A stretch of DNA of 64,000 nucleotides from Gammaproteobacteria bacterium (lineage in GTDB: Bacteria; Pseudomonadota; Gammaproteobacteria; SZUA-229), in the NCBI GenBank assembly GCA_041589175.1, contig JBFHWF010000005.1:2555-66554 (forward strand), written 5' to 3'. The position numbers and the translations under genes were made by a program. Under the pieces are notes generated by a model, which saw nothing but the letters and a program-made list of their open reading frames with translations, was not told the origin of the DNA and made no database searches. Positions 62,034 to 64,000 of the stretch are shown here, piece by piece. Positions within the stretch are counted from its first letter, which is position 1. Each line of letters starts with the position of its first letter.

Positions 62034-63257
62034 TTGGATATAAATGCACGTCGGAACCACTATGGCCGCCTTGCCGTCATACTCGCATCGGCGATGACCC
62101 TGTTTGCATGCAGCAGCCAGCCCCGTCAGGACACTGTCGCTGATGAAGAGGCTTTCCAGCAGAAGAGCGGAACCATTGCATCAAGCGAGGCACCCGTTGC
62201 TGCCACGACAGAAGCTCCGAAGCCAGTTCAACTGACGGCCAACTACCCCAGTGAATACGTAGTGAAAAAAGGCGACACCCTGTGGGATATCGCCAGCATG
62301 TTCCTCAAAGACCCCTGGTACTGGCCGGAAATCTGGCAACGTAACCCCCAGGTCCAGAATCCACACCTGATTTTTCCTGGTGACATCCTCACCCTCATTT
62401 ACGTTGACGGGATGCCCCGCATTTCCGTAGCACGCCCCGAAGACGGTGTACTACGCCGTGAAACTACCGATATGTCTGGCCGCAAGGTGGTCAAGTTAAC
62501 ACCCAGTATTCATCGCCAGAGCCTGAGCGAAGCCATTCCCAGTATTCCTGCAGATGCCATTCGTCAATTCCTCACACGCCCTCGTGTGGTTAATTCCGAC
62601 GTCTGGGATGACGCACCCTACATTGTCGGCAGCGATGATGACCACCTGGTGCTCGGCTCCGACAACAAGGTTTATGTACGCGGCGAACTCGACAAGGAAC
62701 GCGTACGCTATAGCGTATTCCGCCGTGGCAACCGTCTGATTGACCCTGAAAGCGGCGACCTGCTGGGCTACGAAATTGTCTATGCTGGCCAGGCCAAGAT
62801 TACTAACTTCGGTGACCCGTCCACTGCAATTCTAACGAAGACGACCCGAGAAGTACTGCTGGGTGATCGCCTGCTACCCACCGACAAGGGCGCTATCGAT
62901 CAGCAATACTACCCCAAGCTGCCCGAGAAACCCGTTTATGGCCAGGTGATTTCCCTGTTCGACGCCATTTCCTCAATTGCGAAGCACCAGATTGCCGTAA
63001 TTAACCGTGGCAGCAACCACAACCTGGAAGTTGGCCACCTGCTGGCAACCTACCAGTTTGGCGGGCTTACCCGTGATCGCTTCCTCGACAAGACCAGCGT
63101 CAAGCGCGGCGACGACAAGAAACTCGAAATCATGCTGCCCGATGAACGTAGCGGCATTATGATGCTGTTTAAGGTTTTCGACGACGTCAGCTATGGCCTG
63201 ATTCTCAAATCCACCCGCACAATCAGCAAGCTTGATAAGGTGGAAAGACCCAGATAA
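62034..63257 (+). CDS. LysM peptidoglycan-binding lipoprotein (TsaP-like, the conserved neighbour of dprA/def)
   Basis: LysM motif ...YVVKKGDTLWDIASMFLKDPWYWPEIW..., with lipobox-like LFAC. I prefer the TTG at 62034 (GGGGA upstream), giving MDINARRNHYGRLAVILASAMTLFAC. The ORF-track ATG at 61890 adds a non-secretory extension, so the start is uncertain. Confidence 0.8.
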   Translation: MDINARRNHYGRLAVILASAMTLFACSSQPRQDTVADEEAFQQKSGTIASSEAPVAATTEAPKPVQLTANYPSEYVVKKGDTLWDIASMFLKDPWYWPEIWQRNPQVQNPHLIFPGDILTLIYVDGMPRISVARPEDGVLRRETTDMSGRKVVKLTPSIHRQSLSEAIPSIPADAIRQFLTRPRVVNSDVWDDAPYIVGSDDDHLVLGSDNKVYVRGELDKERVRYSVFRRGNRLIDPESGDLLGYEIVYAGQAKITNFGDPSTAILTKTTREVLLGDRLLPTDKGAIDQQYYPKLPEKPVYGQVISLFDAISSIAKHQIAVINRGSNHNLEVGHLLATYQFGGLTRDRFLDKTSVKRGDDKKLEIMLPDERSGIMMLFKVFDDVSYGLILKSTRTISKLDKVERPR

Positions 63258-63285
63258 TAACAATAATAACGAAGTTTGACCTTGA

Positions 63286-63314
63286 GCTGGCTGCCTAACG
63301 GATTAGGGGCCAGC
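63286..63314 (+). terminator. two-tier hairpin after the LysM gene (weak terminator candidate)
   Basis: GCTGGC-tg-CCTAA-cgga-TTAGG-g-GCCAGC. The downstream tract is only moderately T-rich. Confidence 0.35.
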
Positions 63315-63433
63315 AACCTCTCTCCCTTTTCTCTGGCTGCTTGCCTTACTCTTTCACCTGCTATTACACTGGCAACTCTGACACCGACTAACTGTCACTC
63401 ACGTCACCAACTCTAACCTGCAGGGACAATATC

Positions 63434-64000
63434 GTGGCCTCATCCGTGGACACACTTTCAGATTGCGAACTGGAAAGCCGCCTGGCACTCATTCATAGCA
63501 AGCTCCCCCGACAACAGTGTATTTCACTCGTGCAGCACTTCACAAATGCACGACACATCCGCGAAGCCAGCGTATCCCGGCTGAAAGCACTCAACGTCGA
63601 CGACATCGGGATCCAACAGCTCAACGCTGAGCAGGATATCAGCCGTGCACTGGCCTGGCTATCTCACCCGGGCCACGGCATTCTCTTCTATGATCAGCCT
63701 GACTACCCGCAAAGCTTACGTGAAATAAACGACCCTCCCTTTGCTCTCTTTTATATAGGTGACCCGGATTACCTCAATCAGCCTCAACTCGCCATGGTCG
63801 GCAGCCGCACACCAACAGCAGCTGGTCGGCAGACAGCCAGTGATTTCGCAGAACACCTGTCGAATGCAGGCATTACCATTACCAGTGGGCTGGCCTGCGG
63901 AATAGATGCAGCCTGCCATACTGGTGCACTACAGGGTATCGCAGGAAGCGTTGCCGTGGTGGCCAATGGCCTGCATACCATTTACCCGAAGTCGAATACA
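63434..64000 (+). CDS. dprA: DNA-processing protein DprA (Smf), 5' part; runs off the right edge
   Basis: GTG start with AGGGA 7 nt upstream, and an open frame to the window end (189 codons). Contains ...LAMVGSRTPTAAGRQTASDFAEHLSNAGITITSGLACGIDAACHTGAL...VAVVANGLHTIYP... Confidence 0.88.
   Translation, partial: MASSVDTLSDCELESRLALIHSKLPRQQCISLVQHFTNARHIREASVSRLKALNVDDIGIQQLNAEQDISRALAWLSHPGHGILFYDQPDYPQSLREINDPPFALFYIGDPDYLNQPQLAMVGSRTPTAAGRQTASDFAEHLSNAGITITSGLACGIDAACHTGALQGIAGSVAVVANGLHTIYPKSNT

Overview
This 64-kb window is almost entirely conserved core chromosome of a gammaproteobacterium; I cannot fix the order or genus from sequence alone. Recognisable syntenic blocks: (i) a minus-strand central-carbon operon, tkt-gapA-gap-pgk-pyk-fba (14.4-22.9 kb); (ii) rpoD followed by a CAU-anticodon tRNA (24.1-26.2 kb); (iii) hisBHAFIE-tatABC, then a DUF255 thioredoxin-like gene and gpmI (39.2-47.9 kb); (iv) dtd-pip; (v) def-fmt-rsmB-trkA-trkH with divergent LysM(TsaP-like)-dprA (56.1-64.0 kb). 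Between these lie fadD, purC, bioD, redox genes (HIT, glutaredoxin, GST, redoxin) and envelope genes (DUF3015/DUF4105, LpxL-like). Signalling genes are dense: three hybrid histidine kinases and one GGDEF cyclase. There is also a metal-uptake locus with a DUF2946-like protein, a His-rich porin-like protein, ZnuA-like and ZnuB-like proteins, and a divergent TonB-dependent receptor. I found no transposase, integrase, phage gene, CRISPR array or classical defence gene. The best unannotated signal is a ~200-nt GGA-packed RNA (50244-50441, plus strand). It has a GacA-box-like palindrome upstream and a terminator with GGA in its loop, which I call a Csr/Rsm-family CsrA-sponge sRNA. Other leads: a TonB-dependent receptor / YfiR-like / CHASE8-like hybrid kinase module; a translationally coupled CDGSH Fe-S / DUF2892 / hybrid kinase operon guarded by an SD-sequestering hairpin; a ZnuA/ZnuB-like pair with a dedicated outer-membrane barrel but no ATPase; and a second, GapA-type GAPDH gene bracketed by REP-like hairpin repeats and a 130-bp compound inverted repeat. 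All functional calls rest on motif recognition by eye and gene order; no database search was run.
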